DNA from: Camelus dromedarius
Lineage: Eukaryota
DNA length: 64,000 bases
Direction: 5' to 3'
Assembly (NCBI RefSeq): GCF_036321535.1
Contig: NC_087436.1
Span: forward strand, 89,468,001 to 89,532,000
Both the position numbers and the translations under genes were made by a program. The notes below the pieces were generated by a model. The model did not search any database. It saw only the letters and a list, made by a program, of their open reading frames with translations, and was not told the origin of the DNA. This document shows positions 12,937 to 25,078 of this stretch, in pieces. Within the stretch, counting starts at the first letter, position 1. Each line of letters opens with the position of its first letter.

Positions 12937-15337
12937 ATTCCCTACTCTTGTGAGAACACTGCTATTAAATTTTTAACATTTAAAGGATTTAGCCCCTTTG
13001 TTGTGTAGTGATTTGTGTTATGCTTTTTATTTTTCAATTTCTGAAAGTCTCATTGATCATCAGATCCTATTTCCAACTGAATTGAATACTAGTTAGAAAG
13101 TGCCTGCCTTTTATTTTCAATATTAATGATAGAGAAGTACAGCTAGTTTAGAAGAAAGTGGAAATGAGAATCAAACAAACAAAGCTATTCTCAAACTCAA
13201 GCATGAATAGAGAGGTAGGAAAAATAAGTTAATAGGATACATATAGGTTTTATGACTTTTCAAATTAGATTCCATAAATTGTTTGAACTATATGGATTTT
13301 ATTTGTCTTAATCTTCAATGAATAATTCCTATATAGCTCATAGTTAAAGGTTAATTCTCTTTCTGACTAATTGGAAGCAGAAACTCAATGCTGGCCACTT
13401 GGTTATGAAAATACACCCTGGGTGGTTCAGTCATTGTGAACTTACTTACAATGTTACCTAATCAGTATTATTGTGCTGTGTGCATTTTGAAAATTAATCT
13501 CTTTCCTGGGGAAAATTATATGAAATTCTTGCTATTATATTCTAGTATGTTTTCTTGATGTCAAATATGCATCCATCATCCAAGTTCTTAAATGCTATCC
13601 CTCTCATTTTATTTTGGAGGATGTAAAATAATGTCATCCATTTAACATTGTTTTGGGTTATGTTCTCATTTAAAAACTCCTCAGGGTAACATTCATCAAC
13701 TTGGTGTTCTGGGCAAACAGATTCATGAATCTGTATCATTAGTATTAAGATAAATGCTAATCAGTGGTATCATTTATTAAGTAAGGCCCGTATGTCTGTC
13801 TGCTTGTGGAATAATATTATTGTCAAGATGCCCCGTGTGCATTTATCAGTTGAAAACTAAACAGATGGATACAAGTGTACTTTTAACAGAGGGAGCTATT
13901 TCATTTGGCATTTATTCCAACATTCTGATACCTTTCCATTTCTTCCTTCAGTTTCCTGCAATTTTATTTCCTCACTCATTAGTAACAACTTAATGTGGTT
14001 TGGTGCCAAAACTCCTTCCCTCCTAGTTTATGGTGTTCCTACCCGTGTCATGGAGAGAAGGGAATACAAATCTGTTTTTCTCCTGAATGCAAAATGGGAA
14101 GGGTAAAGATATCATTCTATTTTTGCGTATTTTCAAATGCATACTTTTCTAACCAATACATCATATAATATCTAATAATCCTCCATAAATGAGAACGATA
14201 TATTCTTTACTCATAAATAAGACTAGGTCTAATGTTTCTTTTAGCAGAAAAGCAAATGTGAAGGGGGAAGCTATTGCTTTTTTATTTTGGAAAAGGTTGC
14301 ATTGTGAATAGAATAATACCTTCTGGCGACTCTAAGAATAAACCGTAGAATTGAAAATGCCCCGTAGAGATTGTGCTAACTGAATTATTCAACTATGTCC
14401 CTTAAAGAGCAGATCTACAATGCTGGCATTCATCATAGAGGTTGAGTGATATGTAATCCATTTTTCATTACACAATTACTCCTTGCGTTTCTGCTCAAGT
14501 GGTGGCCTTATTTAGCTCCTTGATCTCATGTTTGCAGCCCCCTCATTCTACATGCTGATGTCAGAATATTTCCTTTCATTTCACACTTGCCTTTGAGTCT
14601 CAATTGATTGGCTCTCCATCACCTTTGAGATAAAATATGAATCCTTACCATGATATTCAGGACAAAACACAATCCAACTCTAATGTCACCTTCACCCTCT
14701 CCTTCCACCTATTCTATGATCTAGCCACCCAGGCAACATGAAATTCTCTGGACATATTCTGTGTGGCCATACACTGATGTCTTTTCAACCTAAATCCTTT
14801 GCCACGATTGCCTTCTGCTCGTCTTGTTGACGACCGCCTATAAATCACAGCACTAATAACCCCTCTCACTGAGGCCATTTCTGATTCTCATTAGCATTAA
14901 TTCATGGCATTTCTCCATGTTTTCTATCTCTTTTTTGTAGTAACTTTCATATGACATTATGATTATTTGATAACTTTTTTTTTTTATTGTAAAGTGACTA
15001 TATTTGGATACTGGATGAAAGGGCCATGCTTCTTTAATACAAGTTCAGTTTTATTTCTTAAACTGAACAAGATTAAAATGAATATGCCCATTGTATTTAT
15101 AAAAAGCTGAAGATCTTAGCATAGTGCTGGGCAATTTGTAGGTTTAGTTTATTAGATATTTGAATTTAGTTGATTGCCAAAAAGATCAGTAAGCCAACAA
15201 TAGCTTTTCTTTATTCATACATTGTGATAAAATATTTAAAAGAAGTAGAATAAGCAAATTACTTCATACAATTCCAATTTAAGATTGTGTACTATGATGA
15301 AAACACCTGTTTTTTTAAAATGTGGGAATGTTTCTTC

Positions 15338-16240
15338 CCCCAGTTTTACTGAGATGTAATTGACATAGAGTGGTGTATAAGTTTAAGGCATGCAGTATAA
15401 TGGTTTGACTTACCTACATCATGAAATGATTATGACAATAACTTTAGTGAACATTAATCATCTCATAGAGATACTAAACTAAAAAAATAGAAAAACAATT
15501 TTCCCTTGTGATGAGAACTCTCAGGATTTACTCTCTTAACAGCTTTTAACTATAACACAAGCAGTGTTAATTATCTTTATCATGTCTTACATTACATCCC
15601 TAGTATGTATTTATCTTATCATGTCCCCAGTTTGCACCTTTTGACTGCTTCCATTCAATTCCCCCTCCACCCACACCCCCCACCTCTGGTAACCACAAAT
15701 TTATCTCTTTTTTTGTTTAAGTATAATTTACCTACAAGATTATGTTAGTTCCTGTTATACAACATAGTGATTCAGTATTTTTAAACATTTCAAAATGATC
15801 ACCATGATAAGTTGTTGGTTATGATATGTCACCATAAAAAGATATATACATATATATATTCCTTTTCATATTCTTTTTCATTATAAGCCATGACAAGGTA
15901 TTGAACATAGTTCCCTGTGCAATACAGTAGGACCTTGTTTATCTATTTTATATACAGTAGTTTGTATCTGCTAATCCCAAACTCCTAACTTATCCCTCCC
16001 TTTCCTCCTTCCCTCCTGGTAACTGTAAGTTTGTTTTCTACTTCTGTGAGTCTGTCTCTGTTTTGTAAATAACTTTATTTGTATCCTTTTTTTTTTTTTT
16101 TGATTCCACATATAAGTGATACCATATGGCATTTTTCTTTCTCTGTCTGACTTACTTCACTTAGTTTGATGATCTACAGGTCCATCCATGTTGCTGCAAA
16201 TGACATTATTTTATTCTTTTTTATGGCTGAGTAGTATTTC

Positions 16241-16287
<47 letters not shown>

Positions 16288-16695
16288 CTTTTTTATCCAG
16301 TCATCTGTTGATGGACTTTTAGGTTGTTTCCATGTCTTGGCTATTGTAAACAGTCCTGCTATGAACACTAGGATGAATGTATCTTTTCAAATTACAGTTT
16401 CCACCAGATATATGCCCAGGAGTGGGATTGCTGGATCATAGGGTAAGTCTGCTTTCAGGTTTTTTTTAAGAAATCTCCATACTGTTTTTCATAATAGCTG
16501 CACTAAACGACATTCCCACCAACAGTGTAGGAGGGTTCCCTTTTTTCCACACAGTCTCCAGCATTTATCATTTGTGAACCTTTTAATGATGGCTATTCTG
16601 ACTGGTGTGAGGCAATACTTTGTTGTAGTTTTGATTTGCATTTTTCAGATAATTAGCGATATTGAGTATTTTTTCATGTGCCTATTGGCCATCTG
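15338..16695 (-). mobile_element. LINE-1 3' fragments (3' UTR plus ORF2 C-terminus remnant)
   Basis: Minus-strand translation MFIAGLFTIAKTWKQPKSPSTDDWIKK...MKYYSAIKKNKIMSFAATWMDL is the L1 ORF2 end. Typical L1 3' UTR at 15340-16150. Confidence 0.9.
16243..16284. repeat. (TG)21 microsatellite inside L1
   Basis: Perfect TG run. Confidence 0.95.
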
Positions 16696-18479
16696 TAATG
16701 CTGTCAACTAAAGATATTACCACGGCTCTATAATCATAACTGACAGTTGATAGCATTTTGGAGGTGATTCAGACCTATATATTTCAAAGTTGTTGTCAGG
16801 TTGTATATTTTTGTTAAATAATAAATATAGCTTTACTTTCTTGACTGTTTTTTCCCACCTGTCACTTGGTAAAAGAAGATAAATAGAAAATAAAAAGGAT
16901 CAGTTTCATACCCATATCATGGCTGAAAACTTTTTATGCCCCCTGAGAATTTTTGTTTGCCATTTAAGTGCTCATTTAGTGTCAAAATGTCATTAATTGT
17001 CAAAGTGATTCTTTGACAATAATCATGCTTTGAGCTAAAAACATGCCTTACTCAGACAATACAAACTGTTCTGAAATGATTGCTCTGATAAGTAGCTGTA
17101 GGATAGAACTGGTTCCACTGGTTTCAGAAATTGAACATTGACATTCCATTGCCTTTTTATGAAAACCTTACTTTAGTGCATTGTGCCTGGCATGCTAGCA
17201 TGTACCAAACTCATTCATATAGTGAAATTAAGATGAAAAAGGTAGTATCAAGGAGGTAAGAGAGTGAGGAAAAATCAGAAACAGTGGCAAGAAATATTTT
17301 GAAAGAAGTTCCACAATAGTTTTTAAAGTTGGCCAGGAGCAGAATGAAATGAAATACTTTACAAAGCAGGGATGTCATTTCCCCACTTTTAGATCAGTTT
17401 TCAAATCTTATATAATTTAAAGTTAACCTTAGGCTACAGAAATAAGTTCAGATAATGGAGAAGACAGAATGAGAAGAGTCTTTTTCAACTAATATAACGT
17501 AATACATATTCCAGCTTGTTGCTGTTCTTATTTCTGAGTTGTTTGCACAGAAACATAGATATCTAGTGGTGTGGATAAAGTCAAATAGTTCCTGATCTAG
17601 CTACTTGTATTGAGTATTGTTGGTTTGGTAGATATAAATGCAAAACTAAGTCGGTCATTTCTCCTACCTGATTGGTAAGACGCGACTTCCTTAGAATACA
17701 AATTGATCTTTATATTATTATGCAGGAATAATTTAAAGATAGAAAAGAAGCTGTGGAAATGAAAATAGAATAGAGCAGAAATACTGAGGATATAAGGTGT
17801 ATAAAAGCAAAATTAACACTTTTAATTTAAAAAGTGGTTTGTTTCATTCCTTGTAACAACATGCCTTCCTCTTTGGGAATTCTAATTACCCCTGGCTATA
17901 AATACTTCAAGAAAAGAAGACATGTGATCTAGTATTTTATTTTACTTTGTTTCGATGTTACTCTTAAGACTACATGATGTATGTCTGGATGGAATCTTAT
18001 ATACAAGTTATTCTTATTCATTTTTCTCATTTGAGGCAAGAAGCATGTCTGGTACTATGTAAGTAATGGAAAATATGTACATGATATTGATATATTTGTA
18101 TATCAATAGTGTTGATTTTACTTTTAAATTTAATCTTTATAGTGTCTTCATAGTTTATATACGTCTTGCCATCTAATATGATGAAGCTGAAAATATTTTC
18201 AGTAAGTTCAATGAATGTTGGCGCAAATTATTACACAGGCACACACACACACAAACACACACACACAATATTGTAAATTGGAGACTGCAAACTGAGATAC
18301 ATAACATGACAATATACTACCTAGAGGTAGGTTAATGTAGTGGTGGTCCAGGGACTCTAGGACATAAGGATAATTATCTCGAGTGGTCCTGATGTTTAAA
18401 TGAGTTGATTCATGTGACTATGTTTTGAAAAGTCTCTGGCTCATAGTTAAATGCTCAAAAAATGTTGGGTTTTAAACCA

Positions 18480-18955
18480 GTTATCTGTTGGGGCTTAACA
18501 AACTTCCCCAACAGTTGGTGGCTTGAAACAATTTATTATTTTTCCTTGTTGTTCTCTAGGCTCAACTGAGTGGCTGTCTCTTGGAGTCTCTCCTGCACTT
18601 GCAGTCAAATAGCAGGTGAAGATGGGGTCATCGGAATGTTTTCCACTCCCAGGCCTGATGCCCAGACTGAGAGGGCTGCGAGCACGGTGGCTATTTGAGG
18701 ATTTCTCTCTGTATGTGGCTACCTTGTGCCTTCTCATGGTGTGGCAGCCTCATAAGTCAGATTTCATTCAGGGTAGCTAGTTTTTCCCAGAGCAAGCTCC
18801 AAGAGACAGGAAGTGGAGGCAGCAAATCTATTAATGTCCATCCTACAAACTGGCACAAACCATGGTGTTTGTGCTGTATTCTCTAGGTCCAAATAGTTAT
18901 AGAGTCCTCTCAGATTCAAGAAGTGTCAAAGAACTGTAGCCATCTCTAATCTGGC
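18480..18955 (-). mobile_element. old MaLR LTR (MLT1-family)
   Basis: taacaaacttcccaacagttggtggcttgaaacaatttattatt...ggctcaactgagtggctgtctcttggagtctctcctgcacttgcagtca resembles reverse-strand MLT1 LTRs. Confidence 0.6.
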
Positions 18956-21900
18956 ATATATATTAACATTATTCACCAGCCTATTTGATGAAGACCAACT
19001 TTTTATGCCTTCTTGGGAGTTGATAACCTCTGTGGAATTTAGATCCATTTGCCCTAGATTCTCCACACTGTGATAAATATTTTTTAAAACAGCAACATGA
19101 TATTTGGATAATTAGCTTTATAATCAGTACACAATTTCAACCTATGAAAAAATAACCCAAATTACCAATGCCCTTTGACCTGTGTCATTTGGTGTGCTGT
19201 TGTGTGCATTGCCATTACTTAATAGTCAAACAGATCCAGAGGGGATGAGAGAGAGGAAGAAACATGTGTCCTTCAATAAAATCCATAGAGGACACATATC
19301 TCTACATTTATAACACATGAAACAAGATTGTGAGAGAACTGGGTCACATGTGTTGCTCTCGGCAGGGTGTCAAACTTAGAAGTCATTCAGGTTCCGGGGA
19401 AAAGAGTTACCAGGGCAGAGTGGCTTCTTCCTAAACCTTAGCTAAAAATGGCAGCACGATTAAGTAAAGGTACTCTGAGCTTTGGGAGTGTGACGGTGGA
19501 GATATATCCTGCTGCTGCTAGTACACCATCCCCTTAACTGTCCCTTTATTTAGCTAATTGACTCCAGACCTTAGTGAGCTGGCAGTTGAGCTAGTAAGTG
19601 GCAGTTTGAAACATTTAAGTGGCAAAAATTGAAAAATTTTTAATTAGTCTTTGAGGTGCAGTACTACAAACTTAGCAAGCCATTCATATGACCTAAATAA
19701 ATGGAGATATCAGTTCTGTCAAATCACCTGCAAACCACTGGTTTAAAAACAAAATAAAAACAAAAACTTGCCAGAAAGCAGTCTCTCTCAAAAAATCATG
19801 TGGATGTTCAAGCTGTAAGATTGTATAACTTAGTGTCATAGATTAAACACATCCTTTAAATGCTAACATTGTTAGATATTGCTTTAAACTTGAATCATTT
19901 CTTGATCAAGACATCTTTTATTACATTTTCTCCTAAATTCCATTGTTTGTTCCCTTTTTTATTCATATTGAACTCATACAATTGCAGTATGGCAGTCAGA
20001 ATCACAGCACAGAGATCAAAAATCAACTTCTAAGTAAATTAATGTATTCATTTGCATTTCTTAAACACCATGAAGTGTATGCATACAATGGAAATGAACA
20101 CTTCTTAAAATCCTTTTATCCCATCCGTTTCCCCATATTCCACAATTACTCCCATATCCTGGCCTCCAAAAGTATCCATAAATGCCTCCCCAAGACCTAT
20201 GCCATGCACCTCTTGTCTTTTTACTCTGATTGCTTTCCACGTAGCTCTCCAGCTTATTTCTTACTCATATTCCCTTACAAAGAAAAGAATCAAACTGGCA
20301 ATTGACAAAAGTCTCTTTAGAGAGTTCCCATCACTCCTTCTCCCCAGTGTAGATTTCTGAGTGGGATCTAAACTGAGAAGTGTGTGAGGTGGTCGATATT
20401 TAGAGACAGGGGAGAGAGGAAAAAGAGAGGTAAGCACACTGTGCCCTTTCTCACTTCTGAGATGAAGCTCTGTGGTCAAACAAAACAAAATCTATGTAGT
20501 TAGAAATAACTGTAAAGGGAAGGAAGTAAACAAAATATATGTAGTTGGGTTAGAGATCTTCTCAAAGTGGACTTGCTTCCACTCCTTATCTAGAGAGTTC
20601 TGAAAGTGTCAGGCTCACAGAAACATGCCACACAAAAGAATGTATATCCTATTTCTTGACATCTTTTCCAATATAGTGTTTATCCAAGATTTTATATTTT
20701 TGTTGAAAATCAGTATTTATGTTTGTATTCAAGGAAGTCAGAGAGGATTTGTTAGACCTTATTCTTCTGGCTTCTGCCATGATCTCATTTAGAAATGTGT
20801 GAAACCTGTAAACAAAATTCCAATGTTAATACAGTGCCAAAACTCAGTGACAATCAACAGTAGATTGTCTTTGGTCCTGATCTTTCCAGACCCAACACAA
20901 CCAACATCTTTTTATTAAGAACGTAATGTTAAGACATTCACTAATAAAGCAAGGTAGTCTGGGACACTAGTGGCTCAGGACAGCTAGGAAACTAACTCTT
21001 TCTGGCCTTAGGTCATGTTGAACAAACTATCTGTTGCTGTTCTCCTTCTGTCCAGTTGGGTCCTGGTTCATGCATAAGCCTTTGAGAGGCAGAGGGCCTC
21101 CAGGCCTAAGATGCCAAAAAGTGGGCTCAGTGGAACATTGTAGAAAAGGGTACACAAAATCTGCCTGGGCAACTGAGGCTAGTTCATGCTGCTCTTGAGT
21201 TCATGCACAGTAGTCTGAATGTTTTGACTACAGTTGTTCTGTCATTTACTGTGTATTATAAATACATAAATATTGTATTACTTAGTAAAACTTATTTTAA
21301 TTGTGCAATAAGCCTTTTCATGAGCAATGAGCTTTAAAAAAAAGGACAGTGCATATTTAAAGAGATTTTAAATACTAAATTTCTGTTCTAAAGAAAGTTG
21401 ATAAATAATATGTAAAGTGCACAAGATATGTCACTATCTCTCATCCACCATGAGAACATTAGTGATAGCACTGTGAAAACCAGAAGACACGGACTTGCAG
21501 AAGAATCATCAGCATCTACTTCAAAGAACAGCAGTTATTTTAAGACAACTGTGCTGGAAGATAAGAAATTAACACATACATGGCTGCAGAAGGTACCTGT
21601 ACATCTAACATTGCAAAATAGACATTTCCTAATAGAGTAAACGACTATTCATCTACTTAGTTTTTCTTACTTTTAATCCCAAATTTTCTAGTGCCTGTAG
21701 GTTGAAACATTGGCTGCCACATAAGGCCAGTTTTATATCACTGCTATCAGATGCTTCAAGTAGAAAATAAGTTAAACAACTTCCAATGCTTTTTTTTTTA
21801 ACCTGTTCAGTTCATGGAATCATATTAAAACTTGAAAATTCATTATTCAAAAGTAAAATGTCTGCTATTTTTGTGAATGTTATTTTATATTAAGTTAAAA

Positions 21901-22113
21901 GGATTGTATTTAAAATAAAATTATTTGCAGTAATATGAATTTAAATTGGGCAGGGCACAGGGTTATAGTCAAAAATACAAATTCTTATTGAGAAATGTAT
22001 GGAATAACTATATCCTCAGAACTGGCTGTGATGTGCACAAAATTCACAAATGCATCCAAAGTGCAATTGACTTATAAGCTGTAATTGTCAAACTTTACAA
22101 ATATTGTCACATA

Positions 22114-22587
22114 TAGACATACCTTGTTTCATTGTGCTTCACTTCATTACATTTTGCAGATACTTTATTTGTTACAAATTGAGGGTTTGTGGCAACTTTT
22201 CTTTGGGCAAGTCTATTAAAGCCATTTTTCCAAAAGCATTTGATCACTTCATGTCTTTGTGTCACCTTTTGGTAATTCTTGGAATATTTCAAACTTTTTC
22301 ATTTTATTATAATTGTTATGGTGATCAGCAATCTTTGATGTTATTACTATGACGTGCTGAAGTCTCAGATGATGGTTAGCATTTTTTAGCAATAATGTAT
22401 TTTTTAATAAAAGTATATACACTGGTTTTTTAGCTATAATGCTATTGCACATTAAAGAGATTGCAGTATAGTGTAAACAAAACATATGCACTGGGAAACC
22501 AAAAAACTTGTGAGATGTCATTTATTTCAATATTTGCTTATACAGTGGTCTGGAACTGAACCTACAATATCTCTGAGGTAAAGCCTG
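22114..22587 (+). mobile_element. internally deleted Tigger1 (Tigger1a-like non-autonomous element)
   Basis: TIR remnants tagacatacct ... aggtaaagcctg flanked by TA. The Tigger1 5' part (ttacaaattgagggtttgtggcaac) is fused to the 3' part (gctgaagtctcagatgatggttagcattttttagcaataa). Confidence 0.85.
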
Positions 22588-22591
22588 TATA

Positions 22592-22924
22592 TAGTTAGCC
22601 ATCAGTATCTGCGAGTTTCACATCAGCAGATTCAACCAACCACAGACTGAAAATATTTGAAAAAAATTCCAGAAGTTTCCAAAAAGCAAAACTTAAACTT
22701 GCAGTGCACAGGCAGCTATTTACATAGCATTTACATTGTGTTAGATATTATAAGTAATCTAGAGATGATTTAAAGTATATGGCAAAATGTGCATAGATTA
22801 TATGCACATACTATGCATTTTATAAAAGGAACTTGAGCATGCATTGAATTTAGTATCATGGGGGCTGCAGGCAGGAAGAGGGGTGTCACGGAACCAATTC
22901 CCCATGGATACCAGCATGCCACTG
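22592..22924. mobile_element. MER2/MER2B-like Tigger-family MITE
   Basis: Diagnostic core tataagtaatctagagatgatttaaagtata and gattcaaccaaccacagactgaaaatattt. Ends ggaaccaattcccatggatacc...actg|ta. Confidence 0.85.
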
Positions 22925-24252
22925 TACATAACAATTGACGAAGCAAACTGCAAAACTTTTTGTGATAAAACTAGAATTGAGTACCCCCCCAAAAAAAGGA
23001 AAACAAAAAGACTCAAACATAATAGTCTATATTCTCACTCTTTGGTTGCTCCTAAATAGGATTTTATAAATATTATATTCTCTAAAAATAAACTTTGTAA
23101 ACAAAGTTAAATGGTTTACAAAGCTAATGAATTTCTTATAAACAAAACTTACAAAATTTTGTTGCGTTATTTTAAAAATCAGAGATCTTTAATTAACTCA
23201 AAAATTGTGCTAATAAAATTCAGATTTTAAAGATTTTGTATATTGCAGTTATTGAAAAAAAGCTTGTGACACAAGGAAGACATTTAAATTTACCTCTACA
23301 ACATCAAGGAACAACCGAAGCAAGTTTGGGTTTTAAACAATGTATAATTTAAGATTTAATTTTGAAATTATATAATTGTACTTTGGAATATTTTAACCCA
23401 TATGAAGACTCTTTTGATGGAGCTCCTATTATAACAGAAGAAATTCACATTCTTAGAGAAATGGAAAGGCTTTCCAATTTGTAGGGTCTAAATCTGGCAA
23501 AACCTTCAAAAGAGTCATAAATAATGGAAAACTTATTTTATGATGTGGTGTCATACACATGTTTGCTGAAGATTGTTACCCTGAGTAGAGGCAAAAAGAC
23601 AGTACATGAGACAATATTTATGTTGAAAATTTACATATTTTAAAATAAAAATAGAAATGAGATTGTCTGTTGAGCATAATTTCTGTGTTTATTTTCTTAA
23701 TTTAAAATATTATCTACAGTTAACAGTGAAGGGAAGGTATCAAATTTTCCCATATATCAACCATAAAATACATATTTGAGAAGACTCTGGGCAATTAAAA
23801 AAATTAAAAACAATAATACCATATTAAAAAATTCAGAAAAATATTGTGACCCATTATTACAGACAATTAAGGCCAAAACATTGTTTAAAATACATCAACA
23901 TGTGCCAAGAATGATCATTCTATGTTATTTTTAATGTTCATTTATCATTATGAAGACATTTTAAAGTTTTTGCCTAAATATAGTTATTTTAATTTTATAT
24001 AATTTTATTTTACAAAATGAATTTTGAATTATGCTTTTTATAAATCCACCAATATAAAATCTCAAAAACTTACAATTTTAATAAATTTTATGGCTCCCTT
24101 TCACTTTCAAGGATCCCAGTTTGGAAAACATTCTATGGTTACCATAATTAACAACCTGGCATGCTTAGGAGAAGTCAGATACACTACAAGACTTGAAGCT
24201 TCCTCTGTGGTTTCAGGCAATCTCAAAGCTCCCTTGTGACCAAGTGGGATTA

Positions 24253-24449
24253 AGACAGAGGACACTAATGAACTCATCTACAAAACAGAAACAGACTCAC
24301 ATAGTAAACAATCTCATAGTTACCAGGGGAAAGGGGGTGGGAAAGGATAAATCTGGGAGTTTGAGATATGCAAATGTTAACCACTGTATATAGGAACTAT
24401 ATTCAGTATCTTGTAATAACCTTTAATTAGAAATAATATGAAAATGAAT

Positions 24450-24526
<77 letters not shown>

Positions 24527-24696
24527 TGACTGGGACATTATGCAGTACACCAGAAATTAACACATTGTAACTGACTATACTTCAGTAGGAAAGAAAAAAA
24601 GAGAGAGAAATAAAGAAAAAAAAAGAAGAAAAAAGGAAAAAAGAAAAAAGAGAAAAAAGGAAAAAAGAAAAAAGAAAAAAAGAAAAAAGAAAAAAG
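24253..24696 (+). mobile_element. 5'-truncated L1 3' end (camelid/artiodactyl type) with degenerate A-rich tail
   Basis: aatgaactcatctacaaaacagaaacagactcac...tacaccagaaattaacacattgtaactgactatacttca followed by a GA/A-rich tail (24588-24696). Internal (CA)n(TA)n(CA)n at about 24449-24522. Confidence 0.8.
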
Positions 24697-24769
24697 ATGT
24701 AACAGAGAGAACAAACAGAGTTTGCCAAAAGTTTGCTGTGACAAGGAAGGTAAAGATCAGAGACTATGC

Positions 24770-25078
24770 ATTATATTAACGGAACACTTACCCCCAAATC
24801 TGTTTCCTTCACTGTGGGGGAACACATAAGAACAACACGCCTACCGCTTCTCTGTCTTCTCACTTCTTCCCGTGGAGGCGGCAGTCCGTTATCTGATTGG
24901 CTAATTCAGAAAGAGGACGGCCCCCGTGCGTGACCCGCCCCTTCCTTTCCGCTTAGGGAGGAGCTATTCCCTAGGAAGTGCCCACTTGACTCCGCCTGCC
25001 GGGCTGTGAAGGTGACGGCGCCGAATTTGCTTCTGCGTCACCTTCCGTTGGAGGCGGTTTGTGCCGTGGTTGGTAAGT
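24770..25078 (+). promoter_or_regulatory. COX7B2: CpG-containing promoter and non-coding first exon, probably COX7B2
   Basis: Local CpG cluster with inverted CCAAT (ATTGG 24896-24900), GC box CCGCCCC 24935-24941, ETS GGAAGTG 24974-24980, CRE-like TGACG 25013 and TGCGTCA 25034-25040, and consensus donor TG|GTAAGT (exon end 25072). Gene identity is inferred only from recalled synteny (COX7B2 directly follows GABRA4 on the same strand); no COX7B2 coding sequence is in the window. Confidence 0.6.

Larger units (their letters stand above)
5710..15100 (+). other. GABRA4: GABRA4 3' UTR (distal end uncertain, possibly about 9 kb)
   Basis: Follows the stop codon. Proximal signals are ATTAAA 5781-5786 and AATAAA 5804-5809; distal candidates are AATAAA 14337-14342 and ATTAAA 15072-15077. 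The length is inferred from my recollection that human GABRA4 has a multi-kb 3' UTR. Confidence 0.45.
21230..24145 (+). mobile_element. fossil hAT-Tip100 DNA transposon (Zaphod-like), interrupted
   Basis: Frameshifted transposase-like peptides KTRRHGLAEESSASTSKNSSYFK (about 21475-21545), GCDVHKIHKCIQ (about 22024-22060, CxxH motif), VIVKLYKYCHI (22081-22113) and FCDKTRIEY (about 22958-22984). The right end ccctttcactttcaaggatcccagtttgg...tatggttaccat resembles the Zaphod/MER115 terminus. The left boundary is approximate. Confidence 0.6.

Noticed and set aside
16174..16441. ORFs with HTHTHT / CVCVCV (also 31525-31830 and 59249-59578)
   Set aside because: Translation artefacts of CA/TG microsatellites and L1 remnants.
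24538..24744. Phe-rich hydrophobic ORF
   Set aside because: Reverse complement of the A-rich L1 tail.
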